Part shown: positions 42,034 to 42,282 of the stretch, piece after piece
Layout of the letters: the number at the start of each line of letters is the position of its first letter
Position numbering within the stretch: position 1 is the first letter of the stretch
Source: a virus
Lineage: Duplodnaviria > Caudoviricetes
Length of the DNA stretch: 42,282 nucleotides
Direction: 5' to 3' (one strand)
Virus record (IMG/VR): IMGVR_UViG_3300023252_000006
Location: 1 to 42,282 of that record
Notes under the pieces: generated by a model
The model's input: the letters and a program-made list of their open reading frames with translations, nothing else
The model's database searches: none
What the model was told of the DNA's origin: nothing
Made by a program: the position numbers and the translations under genes

Positions 42034-42282
42034 TTATATTTTTTCAGTTTGCCCCTTATCGTCAGGACGGATCTTGAACCAGATCGAGTACATCGCGGGC
42101 AGGAACACCAGCGTCATGATGGTGCCGACGAGCGTGCCGCCAATCAGGGTATAGGCCAGCGTCCCCCAAAACACCGAGTGTGTCAGGGGAATAAACGCGA
42201 GGATTGCCGCCAGGGCCGTCAACAGCACCGGTCGTGCACGTTGCACCGTGGCTTCGACAACAGCGTGAAACGGATCCAGCCC
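42034..42282 (-). CDS. 3' end of RND efflux permease (AcrB family), outside the prophage, partial
   Basis: VEATVQRARPVLLTALAAILAFIPL...GG...T.MTL.FLPAMY. Confidence 0.85.
   Translation of the reverse strand, partial: GLDPFHAVVEATVQRARPVLLTALAAILAFIPLTHSVFWGTLAYTLIGGTLVGTIMTLVFLPAMYSIWFKIRPDDKGQTEKI

Noticed and set aside
41719-42154. ORFs 41719-41970 and 41933-42154
   Set aside because: Weak starts, no motifs, overlapping att-adjacent repeats or antisense to the RND gene
1-42282. CRISPR array, IS elements, retron/RT, rRNA
   Set aside because: No regularly spaced repeat-spacer array, transposase, RT motif or rRNA sequence noticed by eye

Overview
The window is essentially one complete, apparently intact ~41.6-kb Pseudomonas-type temperate siphovirus prophage. 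It has an HK97-like head and a lambda-like tail, and is integrated in a tRNA-Ser(UGA) gene. A 108-bp direct repeat bounds it (27-134 / 41599-41706, one mismatch). Left to right it carries: two small + strand genes (one with a LexA box); spanins and endolysin; tail; head and packaging; holin; Q; a nin-like region with a second tyrosine recombinase; DnaB and initiator; cro/cI; a PL arm (LuxR-HTH, C5 methyltransferase, several inverted AT-rich morons); xis-int; and an AhpD/CMD cargo gene. The last ~250 bp are the 3' end of an RND permease outside the prophage. Points most worth following up: (1) the cargo gene lies between two diverged copies of the int 3' end, one still coding and one keeping the intact arm site; (2) a second tyrosine recombinase with an intact-looking active site in a phage lacking recognisable Red/RusA genes; (3) two LexA boxes plus a CI with no canonical Ala-Gly site, and no recognisable cII; (4) highly structured PL leader RNAs with no recognisable N gene; (5) candidate defence morons. 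All family assignments come from motif recognition by eye, not database searches.
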